Positions 8,906-18,418 of a stretch of DNA of 64,000 nt are shown here, in pieces. The stretch covers positions 679 to 64,678 of the forward strand of contig JAUHWN010000004.1 of NCBI GenBank assembly GCA_030424665.1, read 5' to 3'. The notes below the pieces were generated by a model. The model worked only from the letters and a program-made list of their open reading frames with translations. It had not been told where the DNA came from and did no database searches. Made by a program: the position numbers and the translations under genes. Every line of letters starts with the position of its first letter. Position 1 is the stretch's first letter. Origin of the DNA: Bdellovibrionia bacterium (GTDB lineage: Bacteria > Bdellovibrionota > Bdellovibrionia > Bdellovibrionales > JAGQZY01).

Positions 8906-10015
8906 CTAATTCCAAACTCTCTTTAATGAGAAGAATGAAGCAATAATAAATAGGAAGTTAGCGATCCACATAGCGAGTCCAGGAGGAAAACTTGCGCCAC
9001 CTCGGACCAGTGATTCGCTGGAGACATAAATTACCCAATACCCGACGATGACGACGAGAGAGAGGACGATTCCGTTGGATCGTGCCGAGCGGCGATTTTT
9101 ACGAATTCCAAGGCCGACACCCACCAGGGCAAAAAGAATACAGGCGAAGGCTAGGGCCCATCGTTTGTGGTACTCGGCAACGACTCTGCGGCGTTTTTTT
9201 TCTTCGATTTTTTTGTCCCTCATGAGCTGATTGAGTTCGTCGAATGTGAGCGAGGGCATTGATTTAGATCTAACGTTTTGTTTAATAGGGGTTGAAAGTA
9301 GAATGTCGTATTCATCAAAGTTTAATTTGGTATGCCGCCCCTTCGCGATTCGGTGGAGGTTGCCTTTTAGAAGCTTGATTTGAGCTGACTGATACTCGTC
9401 CGATTCTTTTTGTGACATGAGGCCCGATTGAGCAATGATAGTTAAAGGAACATTTGGGTCCCTTTCGTCATAGATAAAAACGTCCTTGAGTAGCCCTTTT
9501 TCGTTGTCCACTTCGTTGGCGTAAATGACCAGATCAAAAAAACCTTCAGAAAAGGTCCCTTCCTTTATTGCAACACTGGCTTTTGCATTGGCGAGCTTAT
9601 TAATGAGGACTTCGAATTTTCTATTGCCCCAGGGCGCCAGTTGAAAAGAGGTCTGGGCGCTCAGGATCGCAACGGCTAAAGAAAACAGCACGGCGGGTGA
9701 AAGTATTGACGCCATACTAATCCCCGAGCTTCTCATGGCAACGATCTCCGAATCGGCACTCAAGCGACTATAGGTGAGCAATACTGTAAAAATGAGGCTC
9801 ATTGGAAAAATGACGGGGAGGAAGCTAATCGAAAGATACATCATGATGCGCCCTATGGTTTCGATTTCCACTCCGTGAATGAGAACAAACTCGGTGAGGC
9901 GCAAGGCTTGAAACATCAACAATATCGAAACAAAAGAAATGACCCCAATGAGAAAGCTCGGGATCATTTCAGTAATGAGATATCGAATGAGGAGTCGCGA
10001 CCGAAAGAGCTCCAA
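8906..10015 (-). CDS. lptF: LPS export ABC transporter permease LptF/LptG family
   Basis: RYL..E start, LSADSEIVAMRSSG motif, EYHKR.AL.FAC and six TM segments. Confidence 0.85.
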   Translation of the reverse strand: MELFRSRLLIRYLITEMIPSFLIGVISFVSILLMFQALRLTEFVLIHGVEIETIGRIMMYLSISFLPVIFPMSLIFTVLLTYSRLSADSEIVAMRSSGISMASILSPAVLFSLAVAILSAQTSFQLAPWGNRKFEVLINKLANAKASVAIKEGTFSEGFFDLVIYANEVDNEKGLLKDVFIYDERDPNVPLTIIAQSGLMSQKESDEYQSAQIKLLKGNLHRIAKGRHTKLNFDEYDILLSTPIKQNVRSKSMPSLTFDELNQLMRDKKIEEKKRRRVVAEYHKRWALAFACILFALVGVGLGIRKNRRSARSNGIVLSLVVIVGYWVIYVSSESLVRGGASFPPGLAMWIANFLFIIASFFSLKRVWN

Positions 10016-10018
10016 GAT

Positions 10019-10921
10019 CTATAAATCCGGATTAATCATGCCTATGTTTTCTGCAGATTTAACGGCCTTTCTTACCTCTAGAGACATTTTGATTAAATTC
10101 TCGTAGTGATCGAGGTTCAGTTGTGAAGCAGCATCACACTTTGCTTCCATGGGGCGAGGATGAGTCTCAATAAAAAGAGAGTCTGCTCCAGCTGCCATGG
10201 CAGCCAGCGTAAGGTGTGGAACGTATTTAGGTTCACCACCGGCAGGATCGGCGCTGGAAATTCCGTAGAGTCGAACAACGTGAGTCGCATCAAAACAAAC
10301 GGGAGCTCCTAATTGCTGCATAATTGGTATAGATCTCATGTCCGCGAGCAAGCGATTATAACCAAAGCAGGTCCCACGTTCTGTGAGTAATATGTTTTTA
10401 TTTCCAGTGCTCGAAATTTTTGAGACGGCTCCCGCCATGTTTTCCGGAGCCAGAAATTGCCCTTTTTTAACATTAATCGGTCGTCCGGTTTCTCCCGCGG
10501 CTAAGAGTAGAGAAGTTTGCTGACACATGTAAGCTGGTATCTGTAGGACGTCTAAATGGTCGGCAATCTCATTGAGATTTTCAGTTCGATGGATGTCTGA
10601 AAGTACGGGAACCCCGAACTCTTTTCTGACATTGGCTAGAATTTCTAAACCCTCTTTCCACATTGGACCGGTCCAATTTCTTTCGCTTCCTCGGTTGTCC
10701 TTTTCAAAAGAGCTTTTAAAAATAAGCTGCACGTCAAGGCGTTCGCAAATATCAACAAGGCGTCGAGCCGTTTCCATGATGAGTTCTTTGCTGTCTATAA
10801 CACAGGGGCCAGAAATCACGGCGAGTTTTTCGTTGCGTCCGATTCGGACCTCGGAGCGATCTGTTTTCACAACGAATTTTCTATCGGGAATTTGTATGGT
10901 TTCTGTACGCTTCTTTTCCAT
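10019..10921 (-). CDS. kdsA: KdsA-family 3-deoxy-octulosonate 8-phosphate synthase (metal-dependent type, variant substrate motif)
   Basis: SGPCVID, IFKSSFEKDNR, QIPAY, INVKKGQFLAP, ERG..FGY, FDATH and FIETHP. Confidence 0.88.
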   Translation of the reverse strand: MEKKRTETIQIPDRKFVVKTDRSEVRIGRNEKLAVISGPCVIDSKELIMETARRLVDICERLDVQLIFKSSFEKDNRGSERNWTGPMWKEGLEILANVRKEFGVPVLSDIHRTENLNEIADHLDVLQIPAYMCQQTSLLLAAGETGRPINVKKGQFLAPENMAGAVSKISSTGNKNILLTERGTCFGYNRLLADMRSIPIMQQLGAPVCFDATHVVRLYGISSADPAGGEPKYVPHLTLAAMAAGADSLFIETHPRPMEAKCDAASQLNLDHYENLIKMSLEVRKAVKSAENIGMINPDL

Positions 10922-10933
10922 AAGCTCTTCTTT

Positions 10934-11803
10934 CTATTTAATTAATTGGTAGGGTTTGTATTCACCAATTCGATAGTTAAATATAGTTTCGAAAAGATCA
11001 CTGGCCATGAGGTTGAGGTCTTTTAATGTCATGTCGCTGATACTTCTGTGGTAGTCAAATTTCCAATCCTGCTGAGCAATCAAGTCCTTCATAATTGCCG
11101 GATGACTCCCTTTAAATTCTCTCAATCCATATTGCCGATCAAAATCAAATTGATCATTTTCGTTATCTTTTTTAGTTCCGTGCCACCATCGATCCAAAAG
11201 TTTTTTCTTTTGTCCCATCTTCTGCGGTGGTTTCACCCAGCCATAATGATAAACCTGGGCTCTACAATGGGCCACTTTTAATTTTTGATTATCAGGGGGA
11301 ATTCGAAACCCCTGAGCGTCCCCGTGGCTTCGAGCCCCACTGGATTTCTTAATGACTCGAATTTCATTGCGGTACCACTTTCTCGACTGGGCGACTACGG
11401 AGTAGCTGCCATAAAAGTGGGTGTAATGAAAAAGAAGTCCCTGAATCGAGTCGTCGTTTTCGTACTTTTCCATGGCAGAGTGAATTCTCGCCAAGTCTTG
11501 CTCGTGGATGACCTCGTCTGCCTGTAGGTAAAAACACCAATCATTACTACAGTGGTCGAGGGCCTCATTGGTTTTTTCTGAGAGTATGAGACCTCCCTTA
11601 GTTTTTGAGGTATCCCAAAAGCTGTCAAAAATCTTAATCTTGGGGTCGCCGATACCCTCAATAAGGGCCTTGGTATTGTCATCACTCTGGCCCACTCCAA
11701 TAACAAATTCGTCGACGATGGGAAGGATGCTTTTGATCGATGGAATGACGGGATAGCCCATCAACTCCGCATTTCGAATAACTGTAAAACCGCTTACTTT
11801 CAT
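10934..11803 (-). CDS. Glycosyltransferase family 2 protein
   Basis: VSGFTVIRN start, S.D.T motif and YLQADE (DxD-like). Confidence 0.85.
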   Translation of the reverse strand: MKVSGFTVIRNAELMGYPVIPSIKSILPIVDEFVIGVGQSDDNTKALIEGIGDPKIKIFDSFWDTSKTKGGLILSEKTNEALDHCSNDWCFYLQADEVIHEQDLARIHSAMEKYENDDSIQGLLFHYTHFYGSYSVVAQSRKWYRNEIRVIKKSSGARSHGDAQGFRIPPDNQKLKVAHCRAQVYHYGWVKPPQKMGQKKKLLDRWWHGTKKDNENDQFDFDRQYGLREFKGSHPAIMKDLIAQQDWKFDYHRSISDMTLKDLNLMASDLFETIFNYRIGEYKPYQLIK

Positions 11804-11913
11804 AATATTGATGTATTACCAAGAGCGTCATGGGGGGTCAACTTAAGCTTTAATATGGATGCGTAGCAAAGCTGTGTATTGACCCCCTCAGATCCAAGGG
11901 TGAGAATTATTAT

Positions 11914-12627
11914 ATGCGTCGGATTCTGATTTTAATCGAAGAGTATAACGAAATGGTATTTATCGAAACCTTTCTACGAAAGATTGGTTTTGACGTCGTA
12001 GGCATTCAAAAGGCTTCAAAATTAGAGGCAGAACTCCTCTCGTTTAATCCCAATATTTTATTTATCAGCGGTAAGTCGAAACAGATTCCCGCTGGGGAGA
12101 TATGCAAAGATATTATTTTAAAACACGGAGAATCAGCGCCCAGTATCATTTATTTGTATTCGGGCAAGCCCACTGATTCGATGAAGGAGCTCGATGGCCT
12201 CGTTTCTGCTTTTATTGAGTCGCCTGTAGATCCGGGAAAACTCATCCACATTATTTCGGCCATCGGAGAGATGGACGAGGAAAAGCTCATTAATAAATAC
12301 CAAAAAATGGTATCGGCCCGCGAGAGTCAGGTGGCTAAAGAAGCCAGCGAAAAAGATGTGAACATTATTCATCACAAAGAAGAAAAAGAGGGGATTCAGC
12401 ACCTCAAAGGACAAGGCGAGGGGAAGGTTCCACTGACTGCGAGGGAGAAATCTTATAAAGCATTTCTCAGTCATCAGGCTCCAGTAGACACCCATAAAAC
12501 ACTTCCTCCTGAAACCATGCGCCAGTTTCAGAAAGAGCTCGCAGCACAAAAATTTGAAGATGACCCCGACGAAGAAGTTCGCATCGAAGAAACTGAAAAA
12601 TTTCTAAAGGCACTTTTTAAAAAGTAG
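11914..12627 (+). CDS. Degenerate (pseudo) receiver-domain protein with charged C-terminal tail
   Basis: RILILIEE...GFDV...NPNILFIS receiver-like pattern, lacking the phosphoacceptor Asp and the conserved Lys. Confidence 0.7.
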   Translation: MRRILILIEEYNEMVFIETFLRKIGFDVVGIQKASKLEAELLSFNPNILFISGKSKQIPAGEICKDIILKHGESAPSIIYLYSGKPTDSMKELDGLVSAFIESPVDPGKLIHIISAIGEMDEEKLINKYQKMVSARESQVAKEASEKDVNIIHHKEEKEGIQHLKGQGEGKVPLTAREKSYKAFLSHQAPVDTHKTLPPETMRQFQKELAAQKFEDDPDEEVRIEETEKFLKALFKK

Positions 12628-12631
12628 GTTC

Positions 12632-14566
12632 TTATTTCTTTCTGCGGAAAAGCATTCCGACTACGTCTTTAAGATCGCTCTTGAAAATATCAACAGATTT
12701 GTTTTTCTGCTGTGCTTCTGATTTGAGAAAGTTAAGTTCGCGTCGGGCATTAATAAAGCTAGAATCAATATGAAGTGCGTGTTGAAAACTCTTCATAGCT
12801 TCTTCTCTTTGATGTGCCATTTTCTGAATCAAACCCTTTACAAAATAGTAAGTAGAATTGTGACGATCCTCTGGTGGGATTTCGTTAAGGTCTTTTTTCA
12901 GATCGTCCGCAGTAGGCTTTTTGTCGGCAGGAGATTTAACTGCGGCCCAAAGCGCGAGGAGTCGAAGTTCAGAGTTCGGAGGAGCCAATTTAATGGCTTC
13001 GTCAAAAAATTCTCTGGCTTGGGCAATTTCTCCCTTTTTGAGGAAGGTCTTTCCTCGTTCAGTAAGTGATTCCGCTTTGAGGACGGCCTCGGCTTTACCT
13101 TGTTCGAGGTCCCTAATGTAGGCATCTCGCGACACCTTGTTTTTCAAAGTGTCATAGGCAATTTGAATCTTTTCAAAAACAACTCTTGAAAGAGCTGTAA
13201 TATCTTCGGGAGTCATCGGGTCGAGCTTATCAGGATGTAGAGTCTTTGCGAGATCGTGATAGGCTCGTTTGATCTCAATATCCTTAGCGGCATTTGAAAC
13301 TCCGAGACGTTCAAAGTAGTTTTTGTCGTCGAGCTCACCCTGAATCTTAAGGAGCCGTTTTTTATGGGCTCCGTAATCAAGGTTTTTAACCGCAGGGTCA
13401 AAGAGAATAAGTCGATTAAGGACTAAAAGGTGGAGGGCCTGATAGAAGGCGCGCTCTTCATATTTGTCCCCATCGAGAAGTTTTTCGAGATTTGCACCAC
13501 TGGTTAGGTCATCGAGTAGGTCTGGAAACCGAGCAAGGGTCGGTAAATTCAAAACTTTGTGATTCGTGGCAAAGTTGGGGCCCTTGCGAATTAAGTTGTG
13601 AACCCATGGAAAGTAAAGACTCTTTAGCCAGTCGTTACTCATCTTTGAATTCACCCAGGTTTCAGTCAGCTCATTGAGAGATTGAGCGTCGAACCCAGCT
13701 TCAATTGTAACGTCGTCAGATTTGTTAAAATTGACGTTTACTGAAGTATTATTAACGATTTTACTGAGGCGAATTCCTAGTTGTTCAGAAATAACAATAT
13801 CAATAGCATGGGGACTAAGAACGTTAGCTTCGACGAGTTTCTGCCCAATTAATTTTTTATTTTCTGTTTGCTTGAGAACCATGTCGAGATCCTCTGAGCT
13901 AATGAAACCTTTTTCGACAAGGAGAAGGCCAAAATAAGACTTAGTGTCTTTTAAATTCACTTGTACGATATTACCACCGTTGAACGCCACTCCAGTAACG
14001 TCTCCATTGGGGTGTACCACGTTAAGGTATCCCGTGATCTTCTTGTCGAGAAGTAGTGAAAATATCCAAGGAAGGTCAAAGCCGTGAACATCCTCGGAGT
14101 TGTTGATCGCTTTAATTTTCTGTCGACTAGAGACCGTTTCTTTAGAGAAAATCTCGTAGAGTGGAGATGTCGGTTCATCGATGACATCGCCAAAGGCTTC
14201 GTCAAATTTTTTGACCACAGTTGCAGCTTGAACGGGTTTAACTAAAAAGTCTAAAGCCTTTACTTTTTTCGTAGAGGTCTTGGCGAAATTCTTGTCTTTG
14301 TAAATTCCAGAGGTCAGAAAAATTACGGGATCGACTTCCCAGTCTCTTTTGCGCAATTCTTCGGCAATGGCAACCCCGTTCTTTTTGGGGAGCATGCAAT
14401 CGATGAGAAAGCCGTGAACCTGATTCATCTCTAGGTACTTGTTCAGCTCACCGGGACGGGCGATGTGTTCTGCTGAATAGCCAGCTCTTTGCAAAGCTTG
14501 TTTGAGAGACTTTCCCAAGCCCTGATCATCTTCTAGAATTACAAGATTTATATCCTTTTTCTGCAT
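12632..14566 (-). CDS. Receiver - DUF4388-like - DnaJ J-domain - TPR protein
   Basis: LEDD/IDCMLP/FLVKP receiver motifs; TGYLNV segment; NYFERLGV...LHPDK J-domain; C-terminal TPR. Confidence 0.85.
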   Translation of the reverse strand: MQKKDINLVILEDDQGLGKSLKQALQRAGYSAEHIARPGELNKYLEMNQVHGFLIDCMLPKKNGVAIAEELRKRDWEVDPVIFLTSGIYKDKNFAKTSTKKVKALDFLVKPVQAATVVKKFDEAFGDVIDEPTSPLYEIFSKETVSSRQKIKAINNSEDVHGFDLPWIFSLLLDKKITGYLNVVHPNGDVTGVAFNGGNIVQVNLKDTKSYFGLLLVEKGFISSEDLDMVLKQTENKKLIGQKLVEANVLSPHAIDIVISEQLGIRLSKIVNNTSVNVNFNKSDDVTIEAGFDAQSLNELTETWVNSKMSNDWLKSLYFPWVHNLIRKGPNFATNHKVLNLPTLARFPDLLDDLTSGANLEKLLDGDKYEERAFYQALHLLVLNRLILFDPAVKNLDYGAHKKRLLKIQGELDDKNYFERLGVSNAAKDIEIKRAYHDLAKTLHPDKLDPMTPEDITALSRVVFEKIQIAYDTLKNKVSRDAYIRDLEQGKAEAVLKAESLTERGKTFLKKGEIAQAREFFDEAIKLAPPNSELRLLALWAAVKSPADKKPTADDLKKDLNEIPPEDRHNSTYYFVKGLIQKMAHQREEAMKSFQHALHIDSSFINARRELNFLKSEAQQKNKSVDIFKSDLKDVVGMLFRRKK

Positions 14567-14572
14567 ACTTAC

Positions 14573-14600
14573 CTATCGGCCCATTAAGCTTAATTTTTTA
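14573..14600 (-). promoter_or_regulatory. Putative sigma28 (FliA)-type promoter, possibly leaderless
   Basis: TAAA-N16-GCCGATAG on the minus strand, ending 6 nt before the ATG at 14566. Confidence 0.6.
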
Positions 14601-14742
14601 AAGGAAAGGGGCATTGTTATGTAAAAGCAGGACCATGGTATTGACGCAGCATAAGAAATTCTCTTTTTAAATTTAAAATAGGTCCAGATTGTGTCAGTTT
14701 GAGAGGGTTTCAAAGAATTGAAGCTTTTAAAGGAGGCTTGAA

Positions 14743-15069
14743 ATGGGGGCGAATACTTTCCCAACTACTGATACTAATTTCGAAAATGATGTTCTTAAGG
14801 CAGATGTCCCAACTCTCGTCGATTTTTGGGCTGAATGGTGTGGACCCTGTCGCGCTCTCGCGCCAAAGTTGGATGAAATTGCTGATGAATTCCAAGGAAA
14901 AATCAAAGTGATGAAGGTGGATATTGACCAGAATCAGGATACCCCGGCTAAGTTTGGTGTTCGTGGCGTTCCTACTTTGATTTTGTTCAAAGATGGAAAA
15001 GCCGTTGACCAGATCGTTGGAAATCACCCAAAAGAAAACATCCAAGAAATGATTAACAAACACGTTTAA
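14743..15069 (+). CDS. trxA: Thioredoxin
   Basis: DFWAEWCGPCR and GVRGVPTL motifs. Confidence 0.98.
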   Translation: MGANTFPTTDTNFENDVLKADVPTLVDFWAEWCGPCRALAPKLDEIADEFQGKIKVMKVDIDQNQDTPAKFGVRGVPTLILFKDGKAVDQIVGNHPKENIQEMINKHV

Positions 15070-15097
15070 TTTTCTGTTTTGATAAATTCAAAATAAT

Positions 15098-15127
15098 AAA
15101 AAAGGAGCCCCTTATGGCTCCTTTTTT
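15098..15127. terminator. Bidirectional intrinsic terminator between trxA and rodA
   Basis: AAAAAAGGAGCC-CCTTAT-GGCTCCTTTTTT. Confidence 0.85.
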
Positions 15128-15158
15128 GTTTTAAAGATATTTAATGAAACTCTTTGAC

Positions 15159-16265
15159 CTAAAAGAGGTACCTTCGGTAAGAGACGGCGGAAATTAAACC
15201 AAGTCCAACCATAGTGGCAATCAATATCGATCCGCCATATGATAAGAGTGGCAGAGGCACTCCCACAATGGGCAAGATACCGATGACCATTCCGACATTG
15301 ACGAACATATGCCAAAAAATAAAGGCAAGAATTCCCACGGTCATAATGGCCCCGAACCGTTCGCGAGCCTGACTGGCAATACCTATGATTTTAATAAACA
15401 AGATAGCAAAGAGACTGACTGTAGTTAGGGAACCTAAGAAACCGTGCTCCTCGCTGAGGACCGAAAAAATAAAGTCAGTATGTCGTTCAGGTAGAAATTC
15501 AAGCTGACTCTGAGAGCCTTTTCTAAAGCCCTTGCCCAAGACTTTCCCACTACCGACTGCAATTTTAGATTGTATTGAATTGTAGCCGGCCCCCCGAGGA
15601 TCCTTACCCGGAGTTAAAAAGGTTCTAACCCGTCTTTTTTGGTACTCTTTAAGACCAAATTGCCAGGCCACTGGTACTGTAATGAGTCCAATAATTGCCG
15701 CTGTGACTATGATTCTTCTTTTGACGCCGACAAATAACATCATCGATCCAGCGATGGCGACGAATAATAGGGCCGTTCCTAAATCCGGTTGTTTCACTGT
15801 TAATAGAAAGGGAACACCAGTTATAATTAATGGGAAAACAAGGTCTTTGAAGCCCATTCCGCCTTCATAGGCTTTGCGCGAAAGAATCTTTGCGAGAATT
15901 AGAATAAGACATAGTTTCATTGTTTCTGAGGGTTGATAGCGAAAAAAACCAAGGTCGAGCCACCTTTGGGCACCATAGTAGGTTTTTCCAACGAATTCGA
16001 CGGCGGCCAGGGCGGCGAGATTGAGTCCGTAGAGAAACCAAGCGATCCGCGTAAATACCTTATAGTCGATGACGGTGAGGACGAAATAAATAAACCAACC
16101 GGCTGTGAGCCATCCGATTTGTTTAAAAAAGATCATCGAAGCGCCGCTGGCGTCGTTACTACTAGCACTGTAGAGATTTACTAAACCAACGAAATTGAGC
16201 ACGGCAATGACGAGGGCAAAATTGAGGTCGACTCGTTTAAAAAAGGTTCTTTCATTTACTCGCAC
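15159..16265 (-). CDS. rodA: Rod shape-determining SEDS protein RodA
   Basis: GAQRW, QPSE..K, QPDLG, YQ..R, HTDFIF and GVPLPLLSYGGS; downstream of mrdA. Confidence 0.97.
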   Translation of the reverse strand: MRVNERTFFKRVDLNFALVIAVLNFVGLVNLYSASSNDASGASMIFFKQIGWLTAGWFIYFVLTVIDYKVFTRIAWFLYGLNLAALAAVEFVGKTYYGAQRWLDLGFFRYQPSETMKLCLILILAKILSRKAYEGGMGFKDLVFPLIITGVPFLLTVKQPDLGTALLFVAIAGSMMLFVGVKRRIIVTAAIIGLITVPVAWQFGLKEYQKRRVRTFLTPGKDPRGAGYNSIQSKIAVGSGKVLGKGFRKGSQSQLEFLPERHTDFIFSVLSEEHGFLGSLTTVSLFAILFIKIIGIASQARERFGAIMTVGILAFIFWHMFVNVGMVIGILPIVGVPLPLLSYGGSILIATMVGLGLISAVSYRRYLF

Positions 16266-16270
16266 AATAC

Positions 16271-18418
16271 TTATCCTGCTGGTTGGGTTGCTGTCGTATC
16301 TTGATTCTGAGTTTCAGTGCTCGAACCACTTTCTGTATTAGGCTTGGGAGCTGGCTTAGGAGGTGGCGGTGGCGAAGAAATCTGGTTGCTGGCCTGGTTC
16401 AGGGGCTTTTTCTTCTTTTGCGCTTTTTTCAGTTTCTTTGGGTCTTTGTCTTTCTCTTTGGCCTCGCGCATTCTCTGCAAAGGCCCTTTTAACCACTTGT
16501 GAGGCTTTAACATCTCGGGCTTATACTTTTCCATGTAAGCCCATATGGCATCGCGCGCGATAGGCGCGCCACCGGTAGAACCATGACATGCGTGTTCGGC
16601 AAGAACAGCAACAGCAATTTCAGGGTTTTCTGCTGGAGCGTAAGCAATGAACCAGCCGTGATGGCGTTGTTCTCTAGGGCGTTCTTCACATTTATCGTAA
16701 ATTTGGTCCGAAGAAAAACCGCGAACCTGGGCCGTTCCCGTTTTTCCAGCGAATTCAACGCCAGGAATTTTCCACCACTTGGCGGTTCCGCGATCGCCAT
16801 TGGCCACATGCCAGAGTCCCTCTTTGACGGCTTCAAAATGGCGTTTTTCGATATGGTGTTCGTTTTTTGGATCGGAAATATCGCGAACGAGTTTAGGCTT
16901 GTTTTCTTTTATAATTCGACCATCGGGAGCCTTTAAACTTTTCACGATGAAGGGCTTAAAGAGTTTCCCTTTAGTACCAATTGCCGCATAGGCGGCTGCC
17001 ATTTGTAGGGGAGTCGTTAAAACGTAACTCTGACCAATTGCTACAGTGAGATTTTCGCCCGGCTGCCATTCCTCTCCAATGTTTTCTTTTTTCCATTTTG
17101 AATTTGGAAGGAGGCCAGGGATTTCGTTGATCAGATCAATGCCCGTTTTCTCGCCAATTCCCAGTTGAGAAATGTAATTGTACATCTTGTCGACGCCGAG
17201 GGCTATTCCCTGTCGATAGAAAAAGACGTTTGAAGAACGTTCGATGGCCTCTCTCAATCGAACCTGTCCTTGGCCAGAGCGGGTATGATCGTGGTAATAA
17301 CGACTACCAAATTTAATACGCCAAGGGGCATTGACTAAAGTGTCCTTGGTTATGATCCCATCTTGTAGGGCGGCGAGAGCAACAAAAGGTTTAAATGTTG
17401 AACCCGGAGGGTTGTGGTCTTGTAAAACTTTATTGCGTAAGGGTTTGTCGGGGTCATTTACCAGGGTGGACCAGAGCTTAGCGGAAATACCGCGCGAGAA
17501 TTCGTTGGGGTCAAAAGAAGGAGTGCTAATCCAAGCGAGAACTTCGCCGTTGGTTTTGAGCATGACCAGTGCCCCGGTCTTTGTTTTTTCACTCTCTTGA
17601 AAAGCGTTGTATGCAGCCTGCTGTAAATCTCTGTCGATCGTAAGGGTGAGGTTGGCTCCAGGAATGGCTCTTTGTGGACGACTGATGGGTCCAAGAAGTT
17701 TTGTGGACTCACTAGCAGCTTCTCTTCCTTTGGCATCCACCTTTACAAAAGAGAGCCCATCGTGACCCCGGAGATGAAGGTCGAGGGTTTCTTCTAAACC
17801 GCTGCGGCCGATAATATCGCCTTGTTTAAATACGTGTTGGTTAGCAAACTTTTCGTTGTAAACCGGGATTTGCTTTTTAGAAATTTCACCCACGTAGCCA
17901 AAAAACTGGGCACCATTGGAGCCCAAAGGGTAAGTTCGCAAAATATTCTCTTTAATATCGAGACCGGGATGGTCGAGTTTTAGTAGTGCCAACTTAAACA
18001 CTTCATCTCGAGTGAGGTTGTCTTTGATTATTACCGGTCGGAAAGGTCCGTCCTTACGCCGACTCTTTTTTACTTTTTTAACGACTTTCTTCCATGCCAT
18101 ATCGAGGACTTTGGCAACAGCCTTTGATGTCGCCTCCAGGTCTTCGGTGTACTGTGGAGAAATGGTAGCTTCAAAACCGGTTAAATTTTCGACAAGAATC
18201 TTACCCTCGCGGTCGTAAATAATTCCTCGCGGTGCGGGGATGCGAATTTCTTTGAGGAGATTTTGCTCAGAAAAGGTTCGCAGTTCATTGCCGTGCATGA
18301 TCTGTAAGAACCAAAGACGAGTAATAATGACGAAAATAAAGAAGCCCACGGCGATATAAAGCATTTTATATCGCGATTGAAGTGATTTTGGGTCAGCGTC
18401 TTGAGAACTTATTTGCAT
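16271..18418 (-). CDS. mrdA: Penicillin-binding protein 2 (class B transpeptidase)
   Basis: APRG.IYDR, PPGSTFK (SxxK), SSN (SxN) and GKTGTAQ. Confidence 0.96.
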   Translation of the reverse strand: MQISSQDADPKSLQSRYKMLYIAVGFFIFVIITRLWFLQIMHGNELRTFSEQNLLKEIRIPAPRGIIYDREGKILVENLTGFEATISPQYTEDLEATSKAVAKVLDMAWKKVVKKVKKSRRKDGPFRPVIIKDNLTRDEVFKLALLKLDHPGLDIKENILRTYPLGSNGAQFFGYVGEISKKQIPVYNEKFANQHVFKQGDIIGRSGLEETLDLHLRGHDGLSFVKVDAKGREAASESTKLLGPISRPQRAIPGANLTLTIDRDLQQAAYNAFQESEKTKTGALVMLKTNGEVLAWISTPSFDPNEFSRGISAKLWSTLVNDPDKPLRNKVLQDHNPPGSTFKPFVALAALQDGIITKDTLVNAPWRIKFGSRYYHDHTRSGQGQVRLREAIERSSNVFFYRQGIALGVDKMYNYISQLGIGEKTGIDLINEIPGLLPNSKWKKENIGEEWQPGENLTVAIGQSYVLTTPLQMAAAYAAIGTKGKLFKPFIVKSLKAPDGRIIKENKPKLVRDISDPKNEHHIEKRHFEAVKEGLWHVANGDRGTAKWWKIPGVEFAGKTGTAQVRGFSSDQIYDKCEERPREQRHHGWFIAYAPAENPEIAVAVLAEHACHGSTGGAPIARDAIWAYMEKYKPEMLKPHKWLKGPLQRMREAKEKDKDPKKLKKAQKKKKPLNQASNQISSPPPPPKPAPKPNTESGSSTETQNQDTTATQPAG

